DNA of 61,546 nucleotides from Actinomycetes bacterium (lineage in GTDB: Bacteria > Actinomycetota > Acidimicrobiia > Acidimicrobiales > JAJYXR01): contig JAJYXW010000040.1 in assembly GCA_021801525.1 (NCBI GenBank), positions 1-61,546 on the forward strand, given 5' to 3'. Each line of letters opens with the position of its first letter. Within the stretch, counting starts at the first letter, position 1. Under the pieces are notes generated by a model that ran no database searches, was not told where the DNA came from, and was given only the letters and a program-made list of their open reading frames with translations. The translations under genes were made by a program, and so were the position numbers. This document shows positions 18,585 through 26,979 of the stretch, one piece after another.

Positions 18585-19515
18585 CGCCCTGGCCCGTGCT
18601 CTTCTGCCCCGTGCTGTTCTGCCCCGTGCTGTTCTGCCCCGTGCTGTTCTGCTGGGCCTGCCCTGTCTCCGGAGCGCCACCGCCCCCGATGCCGTCAGCG
18701 GGTACGCCCGGTAAATCGCCCGCACCCGTGCCGGTGATACCGGCCGCCCGGAGCGCCACCTCGCGCAGAGTGTCCAACGCCTGCCTGCGTATCTCCAAGA
18801 AAGCGGGCTCGAGCATCATCTGCTCGGTCCTCGGCCGCGGCAGCTCGATCGGCAGCTCCAGGGCTATGCAGCCCGGGCGAGTCCCCATGACGAGCATCCG
18901 GTCTCCGAGGAGGATCGCCTCCTCCACGTCGTGAGTGATGAACATCACCGCGACCTGGAGCCTCTCCCAGAGCGAGAGCAGGAACTCCTGCAGGTCCTGG
19001 CGCGTCTGGGCGTCGAGCGCGCCGAAGGGCTCGTCCATGAGGAGGATCTTCGGCGACATGACGAGCGCCCGGGCGAGCGCCGCGCGCTGCTGCATGCCCC
19101 CGGACAGCCGATAAGGCGGGTAGCTGCTGAATCCTGAAAGGCCGACGACGTCGATCATCTCGTCGACCCTCTTCCAGTCGACCCGGCCGCCCTGCAGCTC
19201 GAGGCCGAAGGCGACGTTCTTCCTGACGCTCAGCCACGGATAGAGCCAGGGTTGCTGGAACACCATGACACGCTCGGACCCGGGCGCCTTCACCTCCGAG
19301 CCGTCGAAGAGCACTCGGCCGCTCGTCGCCTTCTCGAAGCCCGCGACGATGCGCAGGAGCGTGGTCTTCCCGCACCCGCTCGGACCGAGCACCGTGAGGA
19401 ACTCGTTGTCGCCCAGCTCGAGGCTCACACGCTCGATGGTGGCCGGCCCGGCGTCACCGCCGGACCGGCCCTCACCGAAGCGAAGGGTGACGTCTCTCAT
19501 CTCGAGGATTGCCAT
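18508..19515 (-). CDS. ABC transporter ATP-binding protein, NitT/TauT family (TauB/SsuB-like)
   Basis: Walker A GPSGCGKTT, signature LSGGMQQR, Walker B LLMDEPFGALD. The C-terminal ~70 aa form a low-complexity tail that includes the QNSTG repeat. Confidence 0.85.
   Translation of the reverse strand: MAILEMRDVTLRFGEGRSGGDAGPATIERVSLELGDNEFLTVLGPSGCGKTTLLRIVAGFEKATSGRVLFDGSEVKAPGSERVMVFQQPWLYPWLSVRKNVAFGLELQGGRVDWKRVDEMIDVVGLSGFSSYPPYRLSGGMQQRAALARALVMSPKILLMDEPFGALDAQTRQDLQEFLLSLWERLQVAVMFITHDVEEAILLGDRMLVMGTRPGCIALELPIELPRPRTEQMMLEPAFLEIRRQALDTLREVALRAAGITGTGAGDLPGVPADGIGGGGAPETGQAQQNSTGQNSTGQNSTGQKSTGQGVNEDVRLPGAAGQATEPVAGSPRGA
18592..18651. repeat. 15-bp tandem repeat, 4 copies (CCCCGTGCTGTTCTG)
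   Basis: Lies just 3' of the flippase stop (18582-18584). On the other strand it falls inside the C-terminal tail of the ATPase ORF (QNSTGQNSTGQNSTGQKSTG). Confidence 0.9.
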
Positions 19516-19541
19516 GGCGCTCGTCCCCTTACGTGCTTGTC

Positions 19542-19568
19542 CAGACGCCTCGGACGCCTCGGACGCCT
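19542..19568. repeat. 9-bp tandem repeat, 3 copies (C(A/G)GACGCCT), between the binding-protein stop and the ATPase start
   Basis: Read directly. It abuts the TAG stop at 19567-19569. Confidence 0.85.
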
Positions 19569-20652
19569 AGCCGAGCGCGCTCTGCGCCGGTACGGGGTCG
19601 ACGTAGGCGGCCATGTCCGAGGGCGGAGCGCTCGAGAGGAATCCCTGGCTGTGGAGCTCCTTCCAGTTGTTCGTGAGCGACTCGGTCGTACCGGAGGTCG
19701 CCACGCCGGAGCCGGATCCGAGCACCGCGGACGTCACCTGGTCGGCCAGGTTGTAGATGTCGTAGCCGGCCAGCTCCTCCTTGGCGGTGGCCGTGGTGAT
19801 GCCAGCTTCCTTCACCATGAGGGCGATGGCCTGCGACGGGTTGGTGTGGTAGTAGTGCACGCCCGCCTCCATGGCCTTCTCGAAGTTCACTGCGGCACTC
19901 GGGTGGGCAGACACGAAGCTCTTGTTGGCCACGCAGATGTTGAAAGACGTGCCGGTGGACGGAAGGCTTGCATCGGTGGCGAGGATCCGTCCGCCGTGTG
20001 AAGCCAGGTAGCCGAAGGCAGGGTCCCAGACGATTGCAGCGGAGATCTCCCCGTCGGCCCAGGCGCTCTCCATGGTAGCCGGGCTCGACATATTAAGCTG
20101 ACTCACAGTAGACAGCGGAAGCCCCTTTTGCGCGAGCAGGGCAGGCAGCTCGAAGGATGACTCGGAGCCGGTGACTATACCGATCTTCTGCCCCTTCAGC
20201 CCTGCGAGGGTGGTAATCCCGGTGGACGCCTTCACCACTATCCCGGCATCCGTAGTATAGCGCTCCTGGTTCCAGATGACTTCGAGCGGGATGCCCTTGG
20301 CCATTGCCGAGATGACCGGCGGGAGACCTATGCCGCACATGAACTGGAGCGAGTCCGAGGCAATGGCGCCGAGTGCCACGGGTCCCGAGCTGAAGAGCTT
20401 CAGCGTGACGTTCGATCCCAGGTACTTCTGGAAGTAGTTGTTGGCGATCGTCACCATAGAGGGATCCGCACCGTTGTTCTCGTAACCGATCACCACCGGC
20501 ACGCTCGTCGGCGGCTTCGACACGGCTTTCTTCGGAGCGGGAGTCGAGCTGCTGCACGCCGCCAGCGTGATCGCGCCAGCGCACAGGAACGCCACGGCGC
20601 CGAAAGCCCGTCTCGCCGGCAACTTTCCCCCAATTCGCGTATGGAACATCAT
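19567..20652 (-). CDS. ABC transporter substrate-binding lipoprotein, NMT1/TauA/SsuA-like
   Basis: ATG at 20652 is preceded by GGGAGGAG. Signal peptide plus lipobox (AITLAACSSS). The mature part resembles taurine/sulfonate/nitrate-family binding proteins. Confidence 0.75.
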   Translation of the reverse strand: MMFHTRIGGKLPARRAFGAVAFLCAGAITLAACSSSTPAPKKAVSKPPTSVPVVIGYENNGADPSMVTIANNYFQKYLGSNVTLKLFSSGPVALGAIASDSLQFMCGIGLPPVISAMAKGIPLEVIWNQERYTTDAGIVVKASTGITTLAGLKGQKIGIVTGSESSFELPALLAQKGLPLSTVSQLNMSSPATMESAWADGEISAAIVWDPAFGYLASHGGRILATDASLPSTGTSFNICVANKSFVSAHPSAAVNFEKAMEAGVHYYHTNPSQAIALMVKEAGITTATAKEELAGYDIYNLADQVTSAVLGSGSGVATSGTTESLTNNWKELHSQGFLSSAPPSDMAAYVDPVPAQSALG

Positions 20653-20742
20653 CTGTATTGTCTCCTCCCTTTCGGTGGACTTGCCTTTCGATGAACTAAC
20701 CAGCATGGAACGTCCTTGTCGTGACCCAATGCCCGACACCGA

Positions 20743-21621
20743 CTACACGTTTCCCCGCCAGGGGATCACCGCACGTTCGACCAACCTTATACCGAGCTCC
20801 ATCAGGTAGCCGAGGATGCCGATCACGATTATCCCGGCTATCACTATCCCGGTACGCAGCTGGGTGGCCGCCTGCTCGACGAGCCATCCCAGGCCGACGC
20901 TAGCTGCGATCAGCTCTGCTGCCACGAGGGTACTCCAGGCAATCCCTATACCAACCTTCATCCCTGTGAAGATCTCCGGTAGGGTCGAGGGAAGCGTCAC
21001 CCTCGCGAATATCTGCCGGCGCTTAGCACCCAGGCAGCGCGCCACCTCGTAGCGCTGCTGGGGGATGCTACGCACCCCGCCGATCGTCGAGATGATCATG
21101 ATCGGTATCGTGCCGACGAGGATGAGGAGGATCTTCGGCAGCTCGCCGAGTCCGAACCACACCACGAAGAGCGGAATGTACGCAAGTGGAGGAACAGGCC
21201 GGCCGAGCTGCAAGAACGGGTCAACCACCCGGTGCACGAGAGCGCTCTCCGCCATGAGGAGCCCTATGGGCACCCCGAGCACTACGGCGCCGAGGAAGCC
21301 GATACCCACCCGGACCACGCTGTAGAGGATGTCCTGGCCGAGCGTCTTGCCCAGGTAGCCCTTCGTGGCGGTCTTCGCGAAGGAGTGCAGGACGTGAACC
21401 GGCGATGGGAGCGCTACCGCGGGGAACAGGTGAGCCGCCACTATCAGCTCCCAGAGCGCGAGCGCGCCCAGCATCACGAGCACGTAGCTGCCACGCCGCC
21501 CCCACCTCTTCACACGCGATTCCCTGCCTGGCGTGTGGCTCTCAGCACCAGCTGGCTCGCTCCCAGCTGCGCGCCGGTCCTCGGTCGCCTCGAGCAATGC
21601 CGTCTGCGGCTCTACTGCCAT
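20743..21621 (-). CDS. ABC transporter permease, TauC/SsuC-like
   Basis: Six-TM binding-protein-dependent permease with an EAA-like loop (..YEVARCLGAKRRQIFARVTLPSTLPEIFTGMK..). Confidence 0.85.
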   Translation of the reverse strand: MAVEPQTALLEATEDRRAAGSEPAGAESHTPGRESRVKRWGRRGSYVLVMLGALALWELIVAAHLFPAVALPSPVHVLHSFAKTATKGYLGKTLGQDILYSVVRVGIGFLGAVVLGVPIGLLMAESALVHRVVDPFLQLGRPVPPLAYIPLFVVWFGLGELPKILLILVGTIPIMIISTIGGVRSIPQQRYEVARCLGAKRRQIFARVTLPSTLPEIFTGMKVGIGIAWSTLVAAELIAASVGLGWLVEQAATQLRTGIVIAGIIVIGILGYLMELGIRLVERAVIPWRGNV

Positions 21622-21630
21622 GCAGCCTCC

Positions 21631-21675
21631 CCTCCGGTCGTTCGGGCCCCTCCAGTCGTTCGGGATCCTCCACTC
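21631..21675. repeat. 18-bp tandem repeat, about 2.5 copies, each carrying a GGAGG Shine-Dalgarno-like motif upstream of the permease start
   Basis: Minus-strand reading: GGAGGATCCCGAACGACT GGAGGGGCCCGAACGACC GGAGGGGAGGCTGC ATG. Confidence 0.85.
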
Positions 21676-21707
21676 CTACGGAACCCTCTCCTCCCCAAGA
21701 CCCCTCC

Positions 21708-22733
21708 CTAGGACCCCGCACCAGCTGCCAGTGCCGGAACGCGCCGTCTCGCCAGTACAGCGGCAACCCTCACCATGGATACCACCTCTTCGACTCCCGC
21801 ACCTCGCGAGAGGTCGTGCATCGAGCCCGCGAGCCCCTGTATGACCGGCCCGATGGCTCGCGCGCCTGCGAGACGCTCCGCGAGCTTGTACGCGATGTTC
21901 CCTGATCCGAGGTCCGGGAACACGAGCACATTGGCAAGCCCTGCGACAGGCGAGCCGGGCGCCTTGATCGCTGCCACGCCGGGTGCGAGCGCAGCATCTG
22001 CCTGGAGCTCCCCGTCGAACACGACGCCCTCGAGCCGCTCCGCAGCCAGGCGTGTCGCGGAGCGCACCACCTCGACGCGCGGATGTACGGCGCTGCCCTT
22101 GGTGGAGAAGGACAGGAAGGCCACGCGTGCCGCCTCGCCCGTGAGCACCTCGAAGGTCGCAGCCGACGCCGAGGCGATCTCCGCGAGCTGCGCAGCGTCG
22201 GGCTCGGGGATGACGGCACAGTCTCCGAAGCAAAAGGCCCTGCCATCAGGCATCACCATGAGGAAGCAGCTCGTCACCCATCGGGACCCTGCTGCCAGCC
22301 CGATCACACGGATTCCGGCCCGGATTACCTCTCCGCTCGGCCTGGTTGCGCCGGCAACCGCTGCGCCCGCGTAGCCCGCGGCTACCGCTGCCGCCGCCAC
22401 GTACAAAGGGTCGGACTCGAGCGCTGCGCTCCCCGGATCGCCCGACCCGTGCGACAGCACGGTTCCCTCGAGCGCAGACCTCACTCCTGCCTCGGCGAGG
22501 AGGTCCTCCGGCTCCACGATGCTCAGACCTGCTGGAAGGCCCACACCGGCTTCGCCGGCCACCCGGGACACATCGGTGGGGTTGCCGACCAGCATCGGGA
22601 TGACTCCTTCGAGGTGGGCGAGCCTCGCCGCGGCAGCGATCACGCGCGGATCCCCGGACTCGGGCAGCACGACGGTGACCGGCTCCCCTGCCAGCTCGCG
22701 CTCCCAACGATCCTCCAGCTCTGCGAGTGTCAT
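21708..22733 (-). CDS. pta: phosphate acetyltransferase (PTA_PTB family)
   Basis: VVLPESGDPRVIAAAARL..PMLVGNP..; C-terminal ..ANVLVFPDLGSGNIAYKLAERLAGARAIGPVIQGL, typical of Pta. Confidence 0.8.
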   Translation of the reverse strand: MTLAELEDRWERELAGEPVTVVLPESGDPRVIAAAARLAHLEGVIPMLVGNPTDVSRVAGEAGVGLPAGLSIVEPEDLLAEAGVRSALEGTVLSHGSGDPGSAALESDPLYVAAAAVAAGYAGAAVAGATRPSGEVIRAGIRVIGLAAGSRWVTSCFLMVMPDGRAFCFGDCAVIPEPDAAQLAEIASASAATFEVLTGEAARVAFLSFSTKGSAVHPRVEVVRSATRLAAERLEGVVFDGELQADAALAPGVAAIKAPGSPVAGLANVLVFPDLGSGNIAYKLAERLAGARAIGPVIQGLAGSMHDLSRGAGVEEVVSMVRVAAVLARRRVPALAAGAGS

Positions 22734-22754
22734 CGCTCCTTCACCTGGGAGAGC

Positions 22755-23870
22755 TCATGCCAGTGCCTCGGCCAAGGTAGTCGGCTCCATGCCGTGGGCT
22801 TCGGCCACTGCAGGGTAGACGACCTTCCCGCCGACCACGTTCACACCGAGGGCGAGGGAGGCATCACGCCCCACGGCCGCTTTCAGGCCGCGATCGGCGA
22901 TCTCGAGCACGTATGGAAGCGTGACGTTCGTGAGCGCGTACGTGGAGGTGTGCGGCACTGCCCCCGGCATGTTGGCCACGCAGTAGAAGACGCTGTCGTG
23001 GACCCTGAAGGTGGGCTCCGAATGCGTCGTCGGGCGGCTGTCCTCGAAGCAGCCACCCTGGTCGATCGAGATGTCCACGAGCACCGAGCCAGGCCGCATC
23101 TGGCGGACGAGGTCGTTGCCCACGAGCTTCGGAGCCTTTGCCCCAGCCACGAGGACAGCCCCGATGACGAGGTCCGCGTCGAGCACGGCCCGCTCCACCT
23201 CGTAGGTGTTCGACGCCACCGTCTGGAGCCGGCCCTGGTACATGCGGTCCAGCCGCCTCAGCTTGTCGATGTCACGGTCGAGCACGCACGTGGTCGCGCC
23301 CATGCCGAGCGCGACCGCCGCTGCGTTCATCCCGGTCACCCCGGCTCCGAGGATCACCACGCGCGCGTCACGAGCACCCGACACCCCGCCCATCAGCACA
23401 CCGCGCCCGCCCGCCTCGCGCTCCAAGCAATGGGCGCCGACCTGAGGGGCCATCCGTCCTGCCACCTCCGACATCGGGTACAACAAGGGAAGCATGCCGT
23501 CTGCTCGCTGGACGGTCTCGTACGCGATAGCCGTAGTGCCCGACGCCACGAGCGCGTCGGTGCACTCCTTGGAGGCCGCCAGGTGCAGGTACGTGAAAAG
23601 CACCTGGTCGCGCCGGAGAAAACCGTACTCCGCGGCGATCGGTTCCTTCACCTTCAGCAGCAGCTCCGCCTCCCCCCAGACCTCGGGTGCACCGGGTAGG
23701 GTCTTCGCCCCGGCCGACAGGTACTCCGCGTCGGTTATCGAGGAGCCCTCCCCGGCACCTGTCTCGACGTACACCTGGTGCCCGGCCCGGACGAGCTCGT
23801 GCACGCCCGCAGGAGTTATCGCTACCCGGTACTCGTTGTCCTTCACCTCACGAGGCACACCTATCCGCAT
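22755..23870 (-). CDS. ald: alanine dehydrogenase
   Basis: MRIGVPREVKDNEYRVAITPAGVHELV..; Rossmann motif VVILGAGVTGMNAA; full length of 371 aa. Confidence 0.9.
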   Translation of the reverse strand: MRIGVPREVKDNEYRVAITPAGVHELVRAGHQVYVETGAGEGSSITDAEYLSAGAKTLPGAPEVWGEAELLLKVKEPIAAEYGFLRRDQVLFTYLHLAASKECTDALVASGTTAIAYETVQRADGMLPLLYPMSEVAGRMAPQVGAHCLEREAGGRGVLMGGVSGARDARVVILGAGVTGMNAAAVALGMGATTCVLDRDIDKLRRLDRMYQGRLQTVASNTYEVERAVLDADLVIGAVLVAGAKAPKLVGNDLVRQMRPGSVLVDISIDQGGCFEDSRPTTHSEPTFRVHDSVFYCVANMPGAVPHTSTYALTNVTLPYVLEIADRGLKAAVGRDASLALGVNVVGGKVVYPAVAEAHGMEPTTLAEALA

Positions 23871-23904
23871 TCTTCATACCTCCTTGCGGCGTAGAGCACC
23901 CTGC

Positions 23905-25278
23905 TCAGCCATTCACGAACCGTCCTGCCTCGTCGAGCACGGCGTCGACCTGCCCGAGCAGCTCGTCGACAACGGCAGCGTCAGCTATGAGCGGTGGCGC
24001 GAGCACGAGCATCGTCGCACCCCTGTCGTCGGGCCTGGTCAGGAGGTTCACCTTGCGCATGGCGGCCGGGAGCACGGAGCGCAGCAGCGATGTCGACTGG
24101 TCGTGCGTGAGCTCGCGCCCCGTCTCACTGTCGGCCATGAGCTCCAGTGCGTAGAAGTAGCCCGTCCCCCGCACTTCCTTCAGAACCCTGTGGCGCCCGA
24201 CGAGCTCGTTCAGACCCGCCGCCAGCCGAGGGGCATTGGCCTGGACGTTGTCGAGCACGTGCTCGTCGGCGAGGGCGTGGATGTTCGCGATGGCGACCGT
24301 CGTGGAAACAGGATGCCCGCCCCAGGTCGCTCCGTGCGAGAACATCCCATCCGGCGCCTCGAAGAGCCTGTCCACGAGCGGGCGGCGGGCGATGAGACCG
24401 CCCAGGGGCGCGTAACCCGATGTCGACCCCTTGGCAAAGGTGAGGAGGTCCGGCACGACCCCCTCTCGTTCCACCCCGAACCAGCGGCCGAGACGCCCGA
24501 AGGAGTTGATCACCTCGTCGGCTACGAGGAGGATGCCGTGGCGGTCGCAAATGGCCCGCAGCTCGGCCCAATAGCCCTCCGGCGGCACGAGCGCGCCGCG
24601 ACCGTTCTGCACCGGCTCCGCGAATATCGCGGCAATCGTGTCCGCCCCCTCGCGCTCGATCACCTCCTCGATCGCCTCGACGCACGCGAGGTCGCGAGCG
24701 GATCCCCCTGGTGGCACGGTGGCCCCGAGCGTGTTCGGCACGTGGAAGACACCCGGCAGGAGCGGCTCGAACGGCTCGCGATACGACGGAAGGCCGGTCA
24801 CCGAAAGCGCCCCCATCGTAGTGCCGTGGTAGGACATCTCCCGCGAGATGACCTTCGTCCGCCCCGCCTGGCCCTGGCTTCGATGGTACTGGCGGGCGAA
24901 CTTTATTGCGGACTCCACGGCCTCCGAGCCAGAGCTCACGAAGAAGACCGCGTCGAGGTCACCGGGTGCCAGCCCCGCGATCAGCGATGCGGCCTCGATC
25001 GAGGCCGGGTGCGCTGCCGACCAGTTGGTCGCGTACGCGAGCGTCTCCATCTGCTTGGCCGCGGCCGCTGCTATGTCGCTACGGCCGTGGCCTATGTTCA
25101 CGCAGAAGAGGCCAGAAAGCCCGTCGAGGAACCTTCGCCCCTGGTCGTCGTAGACGTAGCAGCCCTCGCCGCGGACGATTACGGGTAGATCGGGGCTCTG
25201 CCACGCAGAAGCCCGGGTGAAATGCGGCACGAGATGAGCTCTGGCTGCCTCACGTATGTCCTCGCCCATCGGCGCCAC
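23905..25278 (-). CDS. class-III (omega) aminotransferase, taurine/beta-alanine:pyruvate aminotransferase-like
   Basis: 457 aa. ..FFVSSGSEAVESAIKFARQY..DEVINSFGRLGRWFG..TFAKGSTSGYAPLG. The PLP-lysine context is typical of class III. Confidence 0.85.
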   Translation of the reverse strand: MAPMGEDIREAARAHLVPHFTRASAWQSPDLPVIVRGEGCYVYDDQGRRFLDGLSGLFCVNIGHGRSDIAAAAAKQMETLAYATNWSAAHPASIEAASLIAGLAPGDLDAVFFVSSGSEAVESAIKFARQYHRSQGQAGRTKVISREMSYHGTTMGALSVTGLPSYREPFEPLLPGVFHVPNTLGATVPPGGSARDLACVEAIEEVIEREGADTIAAIFAEPVQNGRGALVPPEGYWAELRAICDRHGILLVADEVINSFGRLGRWFGVEREGVVPDLLTFAKGSTSGYAPLGGLIARRPLVDRLFEAPDGMFSHGATWGGHPVSTTVAIANIHALADEHVLDNVQANAPRLAAGLNELVGRHRVLKEVRGTGYFYALELMADSETGRELTHDQSTSLLRSVLPAAMRKVNLLTRPDDRGATMLVLAPPLIADAAVVDELLGQVDAVLDEAGRFVNG

Positions 25279-25310
25279 CTCCTCGGCTGCTTCGGTATGT
25301 GCGCTACGGC

Positions 25311-25360
25311 TGCTGGCCGCTGCTGGCCGCTGCTGGCGGTTGCTGGCGGTTGCTGGCGGC
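25311..25360. repeat. 10-bp tandem repeat, 5 copies (TGCTGGC(C/G)G(C/T)), in the divergent promoter region
   Basis: Read directly between the aminotransferase start (25278) and the regulator start (25447). Confidence 0.9.
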
Positions 25361-25369
25361 GCCTTCGAT

Positions 25370-25393
25370 TACCACGTTAGGTACCACGTTAGG
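25370..25393. promoter_or_regulatory. direct repeat TACCACGTTAGG, 2 copies; candidate MocR-family operator
   Basis: Two exact 12-bp direct repeats, plus a third GTACCAG at 25438-25444. MocR/GabR-type regulators are known to bind direct repeats containing ACCA-type half sites in divergent promoters. Confidence 0.4.
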
Positions 25394-25446
25394 AGGCAAC
25401 TGGTCGCATCACAAGGGCCAGTCATGGTGTATCTTTTAGTACCAGA

Positions 25447-26907
25447 ATGGCTACCCAAGTGGACCGCGAGTCCCCGGAGCCTCTTTACCGCCAGCTCCGC
25501 AAGGTCATCGAGGAAGGCATCGTCGCCGGCCGCTACGAACCCGATGCTCCCCTTCCGTCTTCCCGTGGTCTCGCGCTCGAGCTGGGTGTCTCGCGAAACA
25601 CGGTGAACCTCGCCTACCAGGAGCTGATGGCCGAGGGGTTCGTGGTGAGCCGCCCCCGCAGCGGCCTCTACCTGAATGACGAGCTCCACCCTGGCCCCCC
25701 AGGCAGTCGTGAAGCAGGCCCTGGCCGGAACCCGAGCCGTGTGGACTGGAGCTCGCGCCTCACGGCTGCCTTGGACTCGGGCCTCCCTTCCATAGAGAAG
25801 ATCCCCGACTGGCAGCGCTACCCCTACGTCTTCGTAGCAGGCCAGGTCGATCCAAGCGCCTTTCCCACCCTCGCATGGGCGCGCGTGCTGAGAGAGGCGC
25901 TCTACCAGCCGCACGCCCACTTCAGCCTGCGCGACGGCGTCTCCTCCGACGACCCGCTCCTGGTCGACCTGCTCTGCCGGAAGATCCTCCCTGCGCGCGG
26001 CATCGACGTGTCACCTGCCGAAGTGCTCCTCACCATGGGCTCCCAGGAGGGTCTCTCGCTGCTCGCAAGGACCCTCCTCGGAATGGGCCATCTCGTCGCG
26101 GTGGAGGATCCCGGCTACCTCGACGCGCGCCACATCTTCGTCCGCGCCGGTGCCCAGCTCGTGCCCCTCGCGGTGGACGGCTCCGGAGTCGTGCCAGCAG
26201 GGGATCTGGCGGATATCGCGCTCTTGCACCTGACCCCCAGCCATCACCACCCCACCAACGTGACCTTGTCCATCGGCAGGCGCCGGCAGCTGCTCGCCCA
26301 GGCCGCGGCGAGTGGCACGATAGTCGTGGAGGACGACTACGACAGCGAACTTCGCTACCAGGGAAGCCCGAGCCCCGCCCTGAAGGGGCTCGACGAGGAA
26401 GGCCGTGTCGTCTACCTCGGCACGTTCTCGAAGTTCCTCGCCCCCGGGCTCCGGCTCGGATACATAGTTGCCGATCCGGAGCTAATCGAAGCGCTGCGCG
26501 AGGACCGCCGCTACGACATCCGCCACCCCCCGGGACACGTGCAACGCGCCATGGCATTGTTCATCGAGTCAGGCCAGTACCAGCGTTCGGTACGCCAGCA
26601 CCGGGGCGCTCTCCGCCGCAAGTGGGAGGCCATGTGCGAGGCGATAGAGCGCTACTTCGACTGGCCTGTCCCGGTGCCGCCCGGAGGGGTGAGCATCTGG
26701 GTCGAAGGGCCCGCCGGCTTGGACGCCCCGCTGCTCGCCCGTGACCTCATGGGCAAGGGCGTGATCATCGAGCGCGGTGACATCTGCTTCCTCGATGCCG
26801 CCGCGCACCGGCACTGCTTCCGTCTCGGCTTCGCCGCCACCCGCCTCGAGTCCGTGGATACAGGGGTTCGCCTGATCGCCGAGGCTGTGGCGGACCAGCT
26901 CGAGTGA
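25447..26907 (+). CDS. MocR/GabR-subfamily GntR regulator (wHTH plus aminotransferase-like domain), TauR-like by context
   Basis: LYRQLRKVIEEGIVAGRY..LPSSRGLALELGVSRNTVNLAYQELMAEGFV, followed by a ~350-aa fold-type-I aminotransferase-like domain. Confidence 0.85.
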   Translation: MATQVDRESPEPLYRQLRKVIEEGIVAGRYEPDAPLPSSRGLALELGVSRNTVNLAYQELMAEGFVVSRPRSGLYLNDELHPGPPGSREAGPGRNPSRVDWSSRLTAALDSGLPSIEKIPDWQRYPYVFVAGQVDPSAFPTLAWARVLREALYQPHAHFSLRDGVSSDDPLLVDLLCRKILPARGIDVSPAEVLLTMGSQEGLSLLARTLLGMGHLVAVEDPGYLDARHIFVRAGAQLVPLAVDGSGVVPAGDLADIALLHLTPSHHHPTNVTLSIGRRRQLLAQAAASGTIVVEDDYDSELRYQGSPSPALKGLDEEGRVVYLGTFSKFLAPGLRLGYIVADPELIEALREDRRYDIRHPPGHVQRAMALFIESGQYQRSVRQHRGALRRKWEAMCEAIERYFDWPVPVPPGGVSIWVEGPAGLDAPLLARDLMGKGVIIERGDICFLDAAAHRHCFRLGFAATRLESVDTGVRLIAEAVADQLE

Positions 26908-26979
26908 GACTGTGCTCAGGGCGTCTCTACAGACTTTGCTCAGGGCGTCTCCAAAGACTGTGCTCAGGGCGTTTCCACG
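26908..26979. repeat. 24-bp tandem repeat, 3 copies (GACTGTGCTCAGGGCGTCTCTACA-like), at a convergent gene junction
   Basis: Starts 1 nt after the regulator stop. The last copy overlaps the 3' end of the rfbG-like gene. Confidence 0.9.
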
